Shown: one piece after another, positions 39,023 through 52,161 of the stretch
Position numbering within the stretch: the first letter of the stretch is position 1
Layout: every line of letters begins with the position of its first letter
Source of the DNA: Chiloscyllium plagiosum
Lineage: Eukaryota
NCBI RefSeq assembly: GCF_004010195.1
Contig: NC_057711.1
Span: 77,784,925 to 77,841,720 of the forward strand
DNA length: 56,796 nucleotides
Direction: 5' to 3'
Notes under the pieces: generated by a model
Seen by the model: the letters and a program-made list of their open reading frames with translations, nothing else
What the model was told of the DNA's origin: nothing
The model's database searches: none
Made by a program: the position numbers and the translations under genes

Positions 39023-39759
39023 TAAACACATTTGACACTGGTTGATAAGGATAGACTTATTTTGTTTCCATGCTGCATCTATCTCTTTATTTCACGGGCT
39101 TCAACTTTGCTAACAAGCCTGTTGTATGATATTTTATTAAATTATTTTGGAACCCCAAGAGCATCACATCAATCATTCTGATCAATGGTCTCTGTCAACT
39201 CATCAACAATCTCAAGTTAATTAAATATGATTTTCCTTTAAGAAATTCATGTTGACTTTTCTAATTGAATTAGAATTATCTATTTTCTCTCAAATCCTGG
39301 AAAGAGTACAATGAAAAGTGTATTGAAAATCTTGCATTTTTCGAATGCTTGTGGTGCTGGACTCTCATGTTAAGGAAACTGTTAATTTTGTTCTAGATTC
39401 TTGTTTCTAAGAATGCTCCCATCACCAGTGTTACTGGTCTGTAGTTGATAGCTTATTCTTATTACGTTTTTTGAATAAGGATGCAACATTTTTAATTCTT
39501 TAGTTCTCTGGCAACATACTTTTATCTGAAAATTGCAAGAATATGGAGTGATCTTTACAGTATTACTATTCATGTTTGTAATTAGAATAATTGCAATCTT
39601 GTATTACAATTCTTAATCGTTGCTGCACCTTTCTTGAACTTCCTTGCAAATTTATTTCTCCCATATCTTTTGTATTAGTTGGTCAATAGAACACACCTAC
39701 CCTGTGGAGCAGGTGGGACTTGGACACTACCACTGTGCCACAGAACTCCTCCAGCATAT

Positions 39760-41690
39760 GTATTATGAGCATACAAATTAGGAGCATGTGTAGGCCACTC
39801 AGGCTATTCAGCCATTCAGTAATATCATGGCTGATGTTTTTATTCCACGTTCTCTTTCATCTTTCACCCCTTTGCTTGCCAAGAATCTATCTCATGAAAA
39901 ATTTTCAGAGACTTTGGAATTCTTTTCCTCAAATGGCAGTAAAAGCAAAGATGCAAGACTGTTGGAAAGAAAAAAATCATCTTAAGTCAGTCACTCCTCA
40001 TTTTTAAACTGTGACCTCTATTTCTAGACTTTTCCATAAGAGGAAATGTCCTATTTTAACCCTGTCATGACTATTGAAAATCTTGCATTTTTCGAATGCT
40101 TATAAATTCCAGCAGATGCAACATTAGTGTACTTAATTCTTGCTCACAAGCCAACCTGCTGACTTTATGTATTCGATCCAAAGTCTTCTCTGAATTGGTT
40201 CCACTACATTTTATATCCTTGTATAAGGAAATAGTTTTACATTTCCCCACATTATATTCAATTTGCTAGATCTTTGATCGCTCCTTTAAATTATCCAAGA
40301 TTCCTTATATCTGCTTCACAGTTTATTTTTCTAACTTTGTGTCACCAACAAACGTTGTTCAAGTCATTTATTTAAATTGTAGAAAGTTGAGGTTCCAGTA
40401 ATGATCCTGTGATACATCACTTATTTCACTTTGCCAATCAGAAAAACATTCATTTGCCTGCTCACTTTTTCCTATTAACTAGCCAACCTTCTATCCATAC
40501 CAATAGGACAACTTTTAGGTCTGCAGTAACTTTTCATGTGGCACTTTGACTCTGTCTGATTTACCTTGAACTTTAAATGATCTGCTATGATGTCTCTAAT
40601 AGTAGCTCCAAAAATCATCTTTGTGGCAGATGTTAAACAAACTGATCTGTAGTTTTTCTGCTTCTGTCTCCTTCCCTTTTCAAATAAAGGACTTGAATTT
40701 ACTATTTTTCTTTCTAAAGAAACCTTGCCTGAAAATAAGAAATTTTGGGAAATGAAAACTGATACATCAGTTATCATATCTCAGTACACAATGTGAGCTC
40801 TGGTGTATCCTGCTTTCTAGCTCCAGGAAATGTTGCTGTAAGAAATTACCCTGAAAACATCCTATTATCTCCTTTACTAGCTTTCCTTACCTTTGTCCAT
40901 TTGATTTTTCAAGTCTTTATGAAGATTAAAATCTCCTATGATTTGACAGGATCCCAGTATTTCTTCCTTTTGCACTCTATCCTATCACATGGTTAGAGTG
41001 ATCCTGTGCACCACTCTTGATAAGTGATTTCTTGCCTTTGTCATTTCTAATTTCTAATCAAATTGCTTCAACTTTCTAATTTCCTGAACTTGGATCATCA
41101 CTCTATATTGTTATCTTGTTATTAGTTATTAGAATCACCTTGCCATTTGTTTGCTAACTTTCTGCCCTCTGTTATTGCCATGTAGTTTTCAATATTCAGA
41201 TCTCAATCTATACTCTCCTGAAATTGTGTTTCCACAATGTTTATCAAATTGTACTTACTTACAATTATGCAATCAGTTTACTTCCTCTTGGTTTGAAATG
41301 TTTTTATGGAATTCCACCTGTGTTCAAACATAGTTTCTCATCTTTCCTTTAATTATTTTTGTAACCTTTCACCTTACCAGTTGACCTACTCTTAGTACTA
41401 TCTATCTCTTCCTATTATGGTCTGTTTATCAATTCTCACCTTTTCACTTGTCCTGTCTGTACTCTGCAGTTTATCACATCTCCCCAGATTTAAACCCTTT
41501 CTTTCCATATTTAGTTTAACATCCTCTGTACTTCCCTTGTTACACAGTTTACAAGAATAGTAGCCCCAGAACAGTCCAGCTGTAGGTTCTTTCCCCAGTA
41601 CTGGTTCTAGTGCTGTATGAGCTATAACCCACTTCTCCCTCATCAGTTATTGAGTCATCTGTTCATCTCTCAATCTGATTTGCCCTAGGC
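39760..41690 (-). mobile_element. Highly degraded CR1-type LINE remnants
   Basis: Minus strand PLFEKGRRQKQKNYRSVCLTS. CR1-like 3' end near 39770-39830. Confidence 0.55.
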
Positions 41691-42020
41691 CACCAATCTT
41701 TGACAAAATGTATTTTTTTAGCAGTATAAAAGGAAACATGACAATCAATTGGAGAATGTAGGCTTCAGGAGGATGAAGACACATACTAGGTTTTCAGTTG
41801 TTCATTCAGAGAGGCAAAGCTGGAGGCAGGTAGGCATTGTTGAGGTTGAAAGTGACTATTAAATGGAGCTACTGCTTTTCCTTCAAAAATATAAATAATA
41901 CTCCAAGAACTAAGGTGATAATTTGACAAACCTAATTCTGATTGTAATTGCTTAAACGTGTTTTTGTTGAAAGTATATATAAATTATCCACCATCTTTTG
42001 ATTTGTAAAATATCTTTCAG

Positions 42021-42100
42021 ATGCTAAAGACAAACCCATTTATATTATCACTACTCTGGACAATGATGAAGACGATCTCCTTACTATTGAATATATTAAG
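42021..42100 (+). CDS. VPS13A: VPS13A coding exon (DAKDKPIYIITTLDNDEDDLLTIEYIK)
   Basis: tttcag| acceptor and AAG|gtatgc donor. 80 bp, phase 1 to 0. The coding frame differs from the ORF-track frame. Confidence 0.93.
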
Positions 42101-43029
42101 GTATGCAATAATGCTTATGAAATGGCATTCCAACCATGGAATATTTGTTCTATTCATTTCTTTCTATAACGGCCATTGTATTTATATTGTTAAATGTCAA
42201 GCTTTTTCATTTTATCATTGGTTTGTTTTGTGTTTCTACGTTTATGAATGTTCTAATATATAACCTATCACCCAAATTTCAATTTTCTGTGCAACTGCAC
42301 TGGAACAACTAAAGACATTTAGCTACAATTGTGTAACTATTTACCCATAAATTGGTAACAATACTAAATATAGGCATTCAATAAATTGAGTTTATTAATC
42401 CTATTTTAAACTTACTTCAAGCATAGCCCTAATCTACGCTGACTGGCATAATTCCATATTCCTGACCTGCCTAGCCTCATGCAACTAAGTTTTAATTTCA
42501 CTAATTGATGCAAGAATATTCCTGCTCTTGGTCAGTTATTTTCTGAGTGAGAGCGTAAACATACATGTCCCTTAGTTGTTCTCTTATCCTACTCCACCTA
42601 AATTTCATCTATTTCTAAGTATTGCTGTGGGGTCATGGCAGCACTGCAGTCATAATCTTTAGAGACTTTGCTCAGCTTTATTTGCCCAGATGAATATAGT
42701 ACATACTGTACTCTCCTTGCATACATTTTTAAAAAGCTCCTAAAGACACAGGCTATAGCTAAATGCTGCATTTCCTTAATAATGAGTAGAGCATTCAAGA
42801 GCGAAATATAAACTGATGGCTTTTTGTGTTCAGATTTGCAAATTAGCTAAGAAGAATATTCATCAATTTATCTTCCAGTAATCTCAACAGAAAGTATATT
42901 CCAATTATCCAAAACCAATTATTTTTACCCATCCTGCCAAGTTATTTAAATGATGAGGAGGCAGTGGATACTATTAGACAACCGATGGGAGCTTTCTCCC
43001 TTATCCACAGTTAAATTCCTGTAGTTGAT

Positions 43030-45562
43030 TTGGACTGGGGTGTACAAAGTTAAAAATCACACAATACCAGGTTATAGTCCAACAGGTTTATTTGGAAGCA
43101 CTAGCTTTCGGAGCGCTGCTCCTTCATCTGGTGGTTGCGGAGCATAAGATCATAGGACGCAGAATTTATAGCAAAAGTTTACAGTGTGATATAACTGAAA
43201 TTATATATTGAAAAAGACCTGGATTGTTTGTTAAGTCTCTCCTCTTTTAGAATGGTTTCTGTTCTTTCATATGTTGCAGAACTTTCTGAAAGTTACATTC
43301 TCAAGTAAACTTTAACAATAGATGCCATGATGGCCCAGATAATGCATTGAAGGTGTGAGGTGCCTTCTGTGAGGCTGTCTGTGCCCAATGTTCAGACTGA
43401 TTCTAATCTAAAAAAGGGATTTGCAGAACTTTGCATGGATTCATGCAGTTTTTGAGCAAAGTAAAATGTAATTCTGCAAGTACAAATTGTGTGTGCGCAC
43501 GCTCATGCACGCGGGGGCTGCGAGGGCGAGTATGAGTGTCTGTGAGTGTTTGTGTATGTGTATGAGTGTAAAGGTATATAAGTCTGTGAGAGGGTGCGTG
43601 TGAGAGTATAGAAGTGTATGTGTGAGCATACGAGAGAGAGGTTGTGTATGAGAGAGGGTCTGTGTGATGTGTGGATCTGTAGGAGTATCTGTCTGTGTGG
43701 TGCAGTGACGTCACCTGTAGTGTGACATGAACCCAAGGTCCCAGATTAGGCCATGGGTACCAAACTTGGCTACCAGCCTCTGCTCAGCCACTTTGCATTG
43801 TTGCCTGTCCCGAAGTCTGCCTTAGAGGATGGTCACCCGAAAGTCCGAGGTCGAATGTCCCAGACCGCTCCAACCAACACTATACACCAGGTATATTGAT
43901 GACATTTTCTTCCTCTGGACCCATGGGGAGGAGTCACTGAAACAACTGCACAGTGCTATCAACGAGTTTCATCCCACCATCAAACTCACCATGGACTACT
44001 CTCTAGTACTGTCTCACTCTTGGATACATGCATCTCCAACAAGGATGGGCACCTCAGGACCTCACTACTGCAAACCCACGGATAACCTCATGATGCTACA
44101 CTTCTCCAGCTTCCACCTGAAATATTAAAACAGTCATCCCCTACATACAAGCCCTACATAGACACAGGATCTGCTCAGATGAGGACGAATGTGACGGGCA
44201 GTTGGAAGTACTCAAGGATGCCCTCATAAGAACTGGTTACGATGCTCAACTCATCGACTGCCAGTTCCGATGTGCCACAGCGAGAAACCATAATGACCTC
44301 TTCAGGAGACAGACACAAGCTGCACTGACAGGGTACCCTTTGTTGCCCAGTACTCCCAGGAGTCGAAAAACTATGCCATGTTCTTCGCAGCCTGCAACAC
44401 ATTATGAATGAGGTTGAGCACCTTGTCAAGACCTTCCCCACATCTCCATTTCTTGCCTTTAAACAACCACCAAATCATTGTTCACAGCAAAGTGCCTGGC
44501 TTCTAGGACAACACCATACAACCTTGTCACGGCAGATACTGCAAGACATGTCAGTGTATCGAAACGGATACCACCATTACGTGCGGGGACACCACCCACT
44601 ATGTACGTGGCAGGTACTCATGTGACTCGGCCAAAGTTGCCTATCTCATACACTGCAGGCAAGGATGCCCTGAGGCATGGTACATTGGTGAGACTGAGCA
44701 GAAGCTATAGCAATGGTTGAATGGGCATCACACAACAATCAGCAAACAGGAGTGTTCCCTCCCAGTTGGAGAACACTTCAGCATTCCGGGACATTTGACC
44801 TCCAAGATGGACTTCAGGACATGCAACAACGCAGAGAGGCAGGCAGAGACTGATAGCCAAGTTCAGTACCCATGGGGATGGCCTGAACCGGGACCTTGGG
44901 TTCATGTCACACTACAGGTGATCCCACTGCACCACAGACAGACACACACTCCTACAAACCCATACACTCACACAGACCCTCTCTTATATGCTCACACATA
45001 CGCTGTCACGTTCACACACGCACCCCCTCACAAATGTATGCCCCTTTACACTCACGCACACATACACATGCTCACACACACTCACACTCTCTCACAGACA
45101 CTCATACCCACCCCTGCACATGCACACACACACACATACATACGAGTTTGTGGGTGAATTTATACTTGCAGAATTACATTTTATTTTGCTCAAAAACTAC
45201 ATGAATCCACATAAGGTTCTGTAAATCCCTTAGACTAGAATCAGTCTTAACATTGGAGCACAGACAGCCTCCCACCTTCAGTGCATTATCTGGGCCGACA
45301 TAGCATTTAATGTTAAAGGTCACTTGAGAATGTAACTTTAAGAAAGTTCTGTAATTTACATATGAAAGAACTGAAACCAATATGGTCATTCTAACAGGTG
45401 AGAGACTTAACAAACAATGCAGGTCTTTTTCAATATATAATTTCAGTTACATCACACTGTAAATCTTTTTGTTTTAAATTCTGTTGAAGGAAAAACGCTC
45501 CAAAAGCTAGTGCTTCCAAGTAATCCCGTTGGACTATAACCTGGTGTTGTGATTTTTAACTT
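43030..45562. mobile_element. Large Penelope-like retroelement insertion with inverted arms (minus arm ~43030-43865; plus arm ~43866-45562 with RT and GIY-YIG remnants)
   Basis: YTRYIDDIFFLW (RT catalytic motif) and YLIHCRQGCPEAWYIGET (GIY-YIG). The CA-rich 3' UTR and pLTR are present in both orientations. Confidence 0.9.
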
Positions 45563-46728
45563 TAAACTACTGTATTTCCAATAGAATCTTGTGAAACATT
45601 TCAGAGTTTTCTAGTCCTGACAAGATGTCTGCGGATCTTTTTATGCAAAGAGCATAGGAATGTTAATATGACTATCATGGACATTTCAGTCCTGCAAAGT
45701 TTTCTTGGAAACTGAAAAAGAACAGTGATGTTTTATCAAGTGAAGGACAGTATGAACAGAAAAGTAGATGATACGTGAGAGGCACTGGGTGGTAATTTTA
45801 CAAAACAGGCAAACTATGAGACTAGAGACAGTGTTCACCAAGTCTAGAGAAGAGATGAACAACTTACAAATTATACAGTATATTTTACATAAAAACCCAA
45901 AATATTATGAAACGATGGATATATTAATAAGAAATATTCAGCGAGAAATGGGCCAAGTGATGGCAAACGGGACTAGATTAATTTAGAATATCTGAACAGC
46001 ATGAATGATTGGACCGAAGAGTCTATTTTCTAGAGATGCTATGCATCTGACTCTGACTAACATGACACCGAACCTCTCAAAACTAAGATCTTGTGACAAA
46101 AGTTTCATCCAAGAAGTAAATGTTAAGGAGTATCTTCAATAAATGAGAAGTAGAGGGGTTCTAGAGAAGGAATTCTACACTCTGGGGCCTGGTTAACCGA
46201 AGACATAATCACTAATAGTGGAGTGATTGAAATCAGACAGGCTCGAGAGACTAGTACTAGATGAGTGGGATATCTTTTGAGGGTTTCTGTGATTGGCAGG
46301 GATTAGAAGTTAGACAGGAAATAGTCCAAAAGTAGCATCAGTGGAGAGATAAACAATGGTTTTTTTTTTCAGTTTGGTGACCTTTAAAGAGAATGGCATT
46401 AGAAATGAGGGACTTGCTTTGTAGAGTGATCTGAGAACTTGAGGTGTTTCCCTTTCAGCATGAAGCATGAACTGTGTTCTACACTTTGTAGACACTGTCA
46501 GATCTATACTTGTCCAGTGCTTCTGCTTTCATTTTGGATTTCCAGTATCTGCAATATTTACCTTTTTGTGTCCAAGCAGCGTTGAGTTTTGGAAGGATGT
46601 CGTCAGTCAACGAATGAAAAAAGTAATGTGATTTTGGATGATATTGCTGAGGGACAATATGTAGGTGTGAAGAGAAGAGAAACAAGAACAAATACTTGGT
46701 GCATGCTGTAAGTAATGGTATGAGAACA

Positions 46729-46937
46729 GGAGAAAGTGAGGTCTGCAGATGCTGGAGATCAAAGTTGAAACTTTATTGCTGGAACAGCACAGCAGGTCAG
46801 GCAGCATCCAGGGAACAGGAGATTCAACGTTTCGGGCACAGGCCCTTCTTCAGGAATGAGCAGAGAGTGTTCAGCAGGAGAAGATAAAAGGTAGGGAGGA
46901 GGGACTTGGAGGAGGGGAGTTGGAAATGTGATAGGTG
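46729..46937 (-). mobile_element. Penelope-like pLTR with tail, containing a hammerhead motif at 46822-46857
   Basis: Nearly identical to 14700-14875 plus the tail. Minus strand reads AUUC-CUGAAGA-A-GGGC(CUGU)GCCC-GAAAC-GUU/GAAU. Confidence 0.85.
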
Positions 46938-47470
46938 CAAGAGCCAACCGTGTGAAACTTTATCAAATGCCTTACTGAAGTCCATATACACCACATCAAC
47001 CGCTTTACCATCATCAACATGTATTGTCACCTTCTCAAAGATCTCAATAAGGCTAGTGAGGCACGACCTACCCTTCACAAAACCGTGTTGACTATCCCTA
47101 ATCAAATTATTCCTTTCCAGATGATTATAAATCCTATCTCTTATAACCTTTTCCAACACCTTACCCACAACCGAAGTAAGGCTCACCGGGCTATCCAGAC
47201 TCCCCTTCTTAAACAAGGAAACAACATTAGCTATCCTCCAGTCTTCTGGCACTACTCCTGTCAACAATGATGACATGTAGCTCAAAGCCAAGGGCTCTGC
47301 AATTTCTTCCCTGGCTTCCCAGAGAATCTGAGGATAAATCCCATCCAGCCCAGGGGTGATATCTATTTTCAGGTCTTCCAAAACCTCCTCTTTGTCGATC
47401 TCAATCCATATAATCTTGTAGCCTGTATTTCCATTGTCGCTAACATCCCCTTTTTCCAATGTGAATGTCA
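46938..47470 (-). mobile_element. CR1 LINE RT fragment
   Basis: Minus ORF VPEDWRIANVVSLFKKG..QHGFVKGRSCLT..YMDFSKAFDKVSH. Confidence 0.9.
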
Positions 47471-47472
47471 AT

Positions 47473-47725
47473 GTAAATTGCCCCATAGGGTCCAGTGATG
47501 TGCAGGTTGGGTACATTGACTACTGTAAAATGGTAAATTGTAAATTGCCATGGTAAATTGCCCCATAGGATCCAGTGATGTGCAGGTTGGATGGATTAGC
47601 CACTGTAAAATACGGCGTTGTGGGGATAAGGGTAGGGGAGTGGGTCTGGGTAAGATGCTCTTTAGAGGATCATTGCAGACTCAATGGCCCAAATGGCCTG
47701 TACTGCACTGTAGGGATTCTATGGT
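47473..47725 (+). mobile_element. HE1-type SINE 3' fragment with an internal tandem duplication
   Basis: GTAAATTGCCCCATAGG(G/A)TCCAGTGATGTGCAGGTTGG at 47473 and 47553. Tail GGGATTCTATG. Confidence 0.7.
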
Positions 47726-48300
47726 TTTTCTTGGAGTTTTGCGGTTCCCAGAGGGTTGAACTCTTTTACAACATTTCAAGAGATGCTTCCTGCAGCAAGC
47801 TTGATCTAAACTAAAAACTAATAAGAATTTAGACTCATACTATCATGTCTATATTAGACTAACACCCCCTCTCCCACAGCTGTTAAATTGACTAACTTGA
47901 AGTTATTGCTTGAGACCAGAGCCACGCTGGCAATTACTATGATCAACTTGTTGTTGACATTTTCCTATCGTTCATCTCTGAAGTAACTTATCATATGATC
48001 ACTTAATGGAAGCAAGCTGCAGTAAAGCTCCTTCCTAAACATGGTGGTGACCAGGACAGGGAGCTACTTTGGTTGTGATCTAGGCAGAGCTTTGTCAGAT
48101 TCAGTGAAGTTGATTTTGGAGGCATTTTGCCTGATTGGTTTTGTGGCTGTCATCAATAAGTAAACTAACATTTGTTCAATGGATCTTCAGAAGCATTGCT
48201 GTCAAAATTTCTTTGGCTCTCTCTTGTGTCTCTGAAACACAGTCCATGTCTCTCCGCATTACAAGAATGTGGTGATGACAGTAGCTCTATATCCTAATTT

Positions 48301-48633
48301 GGAGATGCTGCTGTTGGACTGGGGTGTACAAAGTTAAAAATCACACAACACCAGGTTATAGTCCAACAGGTTTAATTGGAAGCACACTAGCTTTTGAAGT
48401 GTCGCTCCTTCATCAGGTGATAGTGGAGAGCTCAATCCTAACACACAGAATTTATAGCAAAAATACATCACACTGTAAATTTTTGCTATAAATTCTGTGT
48501 GTTAGGATTGAGCTCTCCACTATCACCTGATGAAGGAGCGACACTTCAAAAGCTAGTGTGCTTCCAATTAAACCTGTTGGACTATAACCTGGTGTTGTGT
48601 GATTTTTAACTTTGTACACCCCAGTCCAACAGC
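48301..48633. repeat. Perfect 155-bp inverted repeat of Penelope-like pLTR sequence with a 14-nt spacer
   Basis: 48310-48464 is the exact reverse complement of 48479-48633. Confidence 0.92.
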
Positions 48634-49350
48634 CTTCTTAACAACCCCCATCAACCTGGGTGGCAACTTACAGGGATTTATGCACCTGGACACCAAGCTC
48701 TGTTCATCTACATGGTAATATTCTTGACAATGAGCCAAGTATTCTGCATTCCTGTTCTATTTTCCAAAGTGAACTACCTTACACTCTTCCACATTAAACT
48801 CCATTTGCCATTTCTCTGCCCAGCTCTGCATCTTATCTATGTCTCTCTGTAACCCACAACATTCTTCAGCACTATCCACAACTCTGCTTACCTTAGTGTC
48901 ATCTGCAAATTTACAAACTCATCCTTCTACACCCACATCCAGATCATTTACAAAAATTACAAACAGTGGTCCCAAAACAGATCCTTGCAGCATACAACTG
49001 GTAACTGTGCTCCAGGATGAACGTTTCCTTTCAACCACCACCCCCTAACTTCTTACAGATAGCCAATTTCTGATCCAAATTTCTAGATCATCTTCAATCC
49101 TGAGACTCCGTATTTTGTGCAATAGCCTACCACTTGGAACCTTATCAAACGTGTTACTGAAGTCCATTTACACCATACCAACCGATTTACCTTCATCCAC
49201 CTGTTCTGACACCTTCAATAATTCAATCAGACTTGTAAGGCAAGACCTACCCTTCACAAAATCCGTGCTGCTGTCCCTAATCAAGCAGTGCCTTTCCAGA
49301 TACTCATAAATCCTATCCCTCAGTACCCTTTCCATTACTTTACCTACCAA
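48634..49350 (-). mobile_element. CR1 LINE RT fragment
   Basis: Minus strand VKGRSCLTSLIE..MDFSNTFDKVP..KFADDTKV. Confidence 0.85.
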
Positions 49351-50352
49351 ACTATCCCTATAAACAAATAGGGACAGTTTGTCTTCGGAACAGTTACATA
49401 GGATATAACCCTGTGATTTTGAGAGCTGCTTTGGTGTTGTGGCTAGGCAAAAACTTTACTCGAACGATTTGGCATTTTTATGAACAGACCCTTTGATTTC
49501 ATAAGGGGTAACATTGAATATGCAGAACGGAAACCAACCGTTCACGCCCAGACCATGTCAGTCTCTCTCCTGTCCTTGATGTTTCTTCATCTTTATCTAC
49601 ATCTACCATCATAATGTTGTATTCCCTTCTCTTTCACATACTTGTTTAGCTTCCCTTGATGTTTTTCACGTCCATTTTACTTTGTTCTAGCAAGTTCCAC
49701 ATTCTTAGTACTCCTTAGTTAGACATTGTTTTCTGAATTCCCCATTGCAATTCATAGCAATTATCTCATTGATGTACTCCAGTTTGTTTCGATTTATTTA
49801 TTGTTACATGTATTTTGTTACAAATACACCACAAGCAAATTCATCCTCACTTTCAGCTCTATCAAAACCCTTCATAATTCGTGAAGTTACCTCTTGTTCC
49901 TTTTCTTTCAGTAGAATATTCAAACTAATTTTTAAGTATTTCTGTAGTCCTATTAGCAACTGAATATTTTCACAATTTATTAAAATCACCTTTCTACAGC
50001 TATACTAATAATCAGCTGGTTATTTCACACTTCTTTTTTAAAGTAAGTAACATCACATTACCAAATTTGAAAATGTAATCATTAAACTCTTGAAGTTTGT
50101 GTACTTGGTGTCGCTGACTTCTTTTTGGCATCAAGATAAAAAATGTTTTCTTTCATGGGATGTGGATATTGCTGGCTGGGTGGTATTTATTACTCATCCC
50201 TATTTGCCTTTAAGAAATTGGCAATGAACTGGCTTTGTGAATTCCTAACTATCTTTGCTCACTACATTGAATGGCATATTCAAAACTAGAATAAATCAAT
50301 CAGTGCCTGTTCCATAAAATGAGAAAGAAACTGATAATCCTTTCTTTTCCAG

Positions 50353-50412
50353 GCTAACAAAGATGGACCAGAATTCAAAACCACCTATAGAAATACTGAG
50401 CAACTCATAAAG
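50353..50412 (+). CDS. VPS13A: VPS13A coding exon (ANKDGPEFKTTYRNTEQLIK)
   Basis: cttttccag| acceptor and AAG|gtaaat donor. 60 bp, phase 0 to 0. Confidence 0.92.
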
Positions 50413-50984
50413 GTAAATGAATTCACGGGACTGCTTAATAGATTTTGTTTATCACAGCTAACAAAAGCAGCCAGAATGCTGTTTCCAGCACTTCGTTGTT
50501 ATAGCATATTAGTTGAAAAAACTGCATGCTGGAGAGTAGCACGTTATAAGTCACCAGATAATAGATGTATTTTTATTTGTCTTTTAGGTATCAATGAACA
50601 ATTTTGCATTTTCTGCCTCCTTTCTGTCAATGACTGACCTTTATTTTGGAATAAGCGTTTGTTTCAATTATCTTGGCTTTTAGCACTGAAGTGTCCTTGA
50701 TGGTTGAATTTTGAAAGATTGTTATGCTTCCACTATTGCATGCTTTACACAACCCACTAAAGGAAAGAATTAACTTGGTTAGCTCATGCTTTGTCAAGTG
50801 CGAATAGGGCTTGGAAATTTTCTAGTTTTCATTCTAGTTTTTAAAATGCATTAAGGTAGCAAGGGGTTTTAGAGATAGGACAGCACAGGAGCTGTCATGA
50901 GTTCAAATTAGCAGAAGAAATTGTTTACTAGATTTGTTGCCAAACGATCAAACATTATAATCATTACTGGCAGTATCCCAGGTT

Positions 50985-52160
50985 TATTGCTACCTTAGAA
51001 TTATAGAACTACTGTCACAATAGGTCCATGGCAGATGCCATCTCCCTGGCCCAATACTCATCCCTAGAACACCTGGATAGCAAGGACATCACATTAGATT
51101 CCTATGTATTGACTTTAGCTCCATCTTTAATACCACAATTCCAACAAAATGCATTTCCAAAGGCCAAATTCTAGATTTTTGCTCCCCCCTCTGCTACTGG
51201 ATACTTGATTTCATCAACCGCAGACTGTAATCAGTAAGGATAGGCAACAACATCTCCTTCGTGAGAATACTCAACACTGGTGCCCTGCAAGGCTGCATAC
51301 TCAGCCCCCTGCCATACTCATACACTCATGACTTGTGGCATATTTCAGCTGTAATTCCATTTACAAATTTGCTGATGACACCATCGTACTGGGTTGGAAT
51401 CTCAGGCAGCGATGAAACATAGTACAGGAAAGAGGTAGACAGCTAATTGGCATGGTGTAAAAATGACAATCTCTTCCTCAATGTCAACAATTGGAAGAAG
51501 CTGATCAGGAATTCAGGAAGCAGAGTGGAGGATATGCCTCTGTCTGTATCAGTGGTGCTGAGATGGATTTTGTCAAAGAGCTTCAAATTCCCAGGAGTAA
51601 GTATCACCAATAATCTATCCTGGTCCATCCATGTCCACTACTCAGTCAAGAAAGTACACCAATGCTCCTATTTCCTCAGAAGGCTGAGGAAATTTGGCAT
51701 GTCCACAAAAACTCTTAGCAATTTTTACTTAAGCACCAGTGGAAAGCATCACATCCGGATGCATCACCATTTGTTGTGCAACTACTCTTCCCAAGGCAGC
51801 AAGAAATTACAGAGATTTGTGAACGCAAACCTGTCCATCATCAAAACCAGCCTTCCTTTCGTTGACTCCATCGACACTTCTCACTGTCTCAAAAAAGCAG
51901 CCAACAAAACCAGGGTGGGAGTGGTTATGATTATATTCTCTTCCACCCTCTTCATTGGTCAGAAGATACAAAAGTTTAAAAACATGTACATGAACCAACA
52001 GATCTAAGGACAGCTTCTTCCCCATTGTTATCAGACTTAGGAATGCTCCCCTCCTATATTAGAGTTGATCTTTCTCTGCAACCTCTCTGTAGCTGTAAGA
52101 CGATATTCTGTATACTGTTCTGTTCCCCTGATATACTGATGTGAGGTATGATTTGTCTGG
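50985..52160 (+). mobile_element. Rex1/Babar-type LINE RT fragment; its 3' tail appears to resume at ~52885-52945
   Basis: NRSMADAISLA..SSLEHLDSKD, IDFSSIFNT, LNTGALQGCILSP, KFADDTIV and FLRRLRKFGM. Confidence 0.85.
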
Positions 52161-52161
52161 T

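Noticed and set aside
42021..42263. 80-aa ORF MLKTNPF...
   Set aside because: Wrong frame over a real VPS13A exon. The spliced frame reads DAKDKPIYIITTLD.
44896..45224. His/Thr-rich ORFs
   Set aside because: Translations of the CA-rich Penelope 3' UTR, mirrored on the opposite arm at 43400-43740.
46824..47516. 230-aa minus ORF as a CR1-Penelope fusion protein
   Set aside because: Chance read-through across adjacent SINE, CR1 and pLTR fragments, truncated before the RT catalytic motif.
50565..50683. Strong acceptor followed by GT (recursive splice site or alternative terminal exon)
   Set aside because: The reconstituted donor GTATCA is weak, the intron is only ~5.8 kb, and the frame hits a stop with no recognisable homology.
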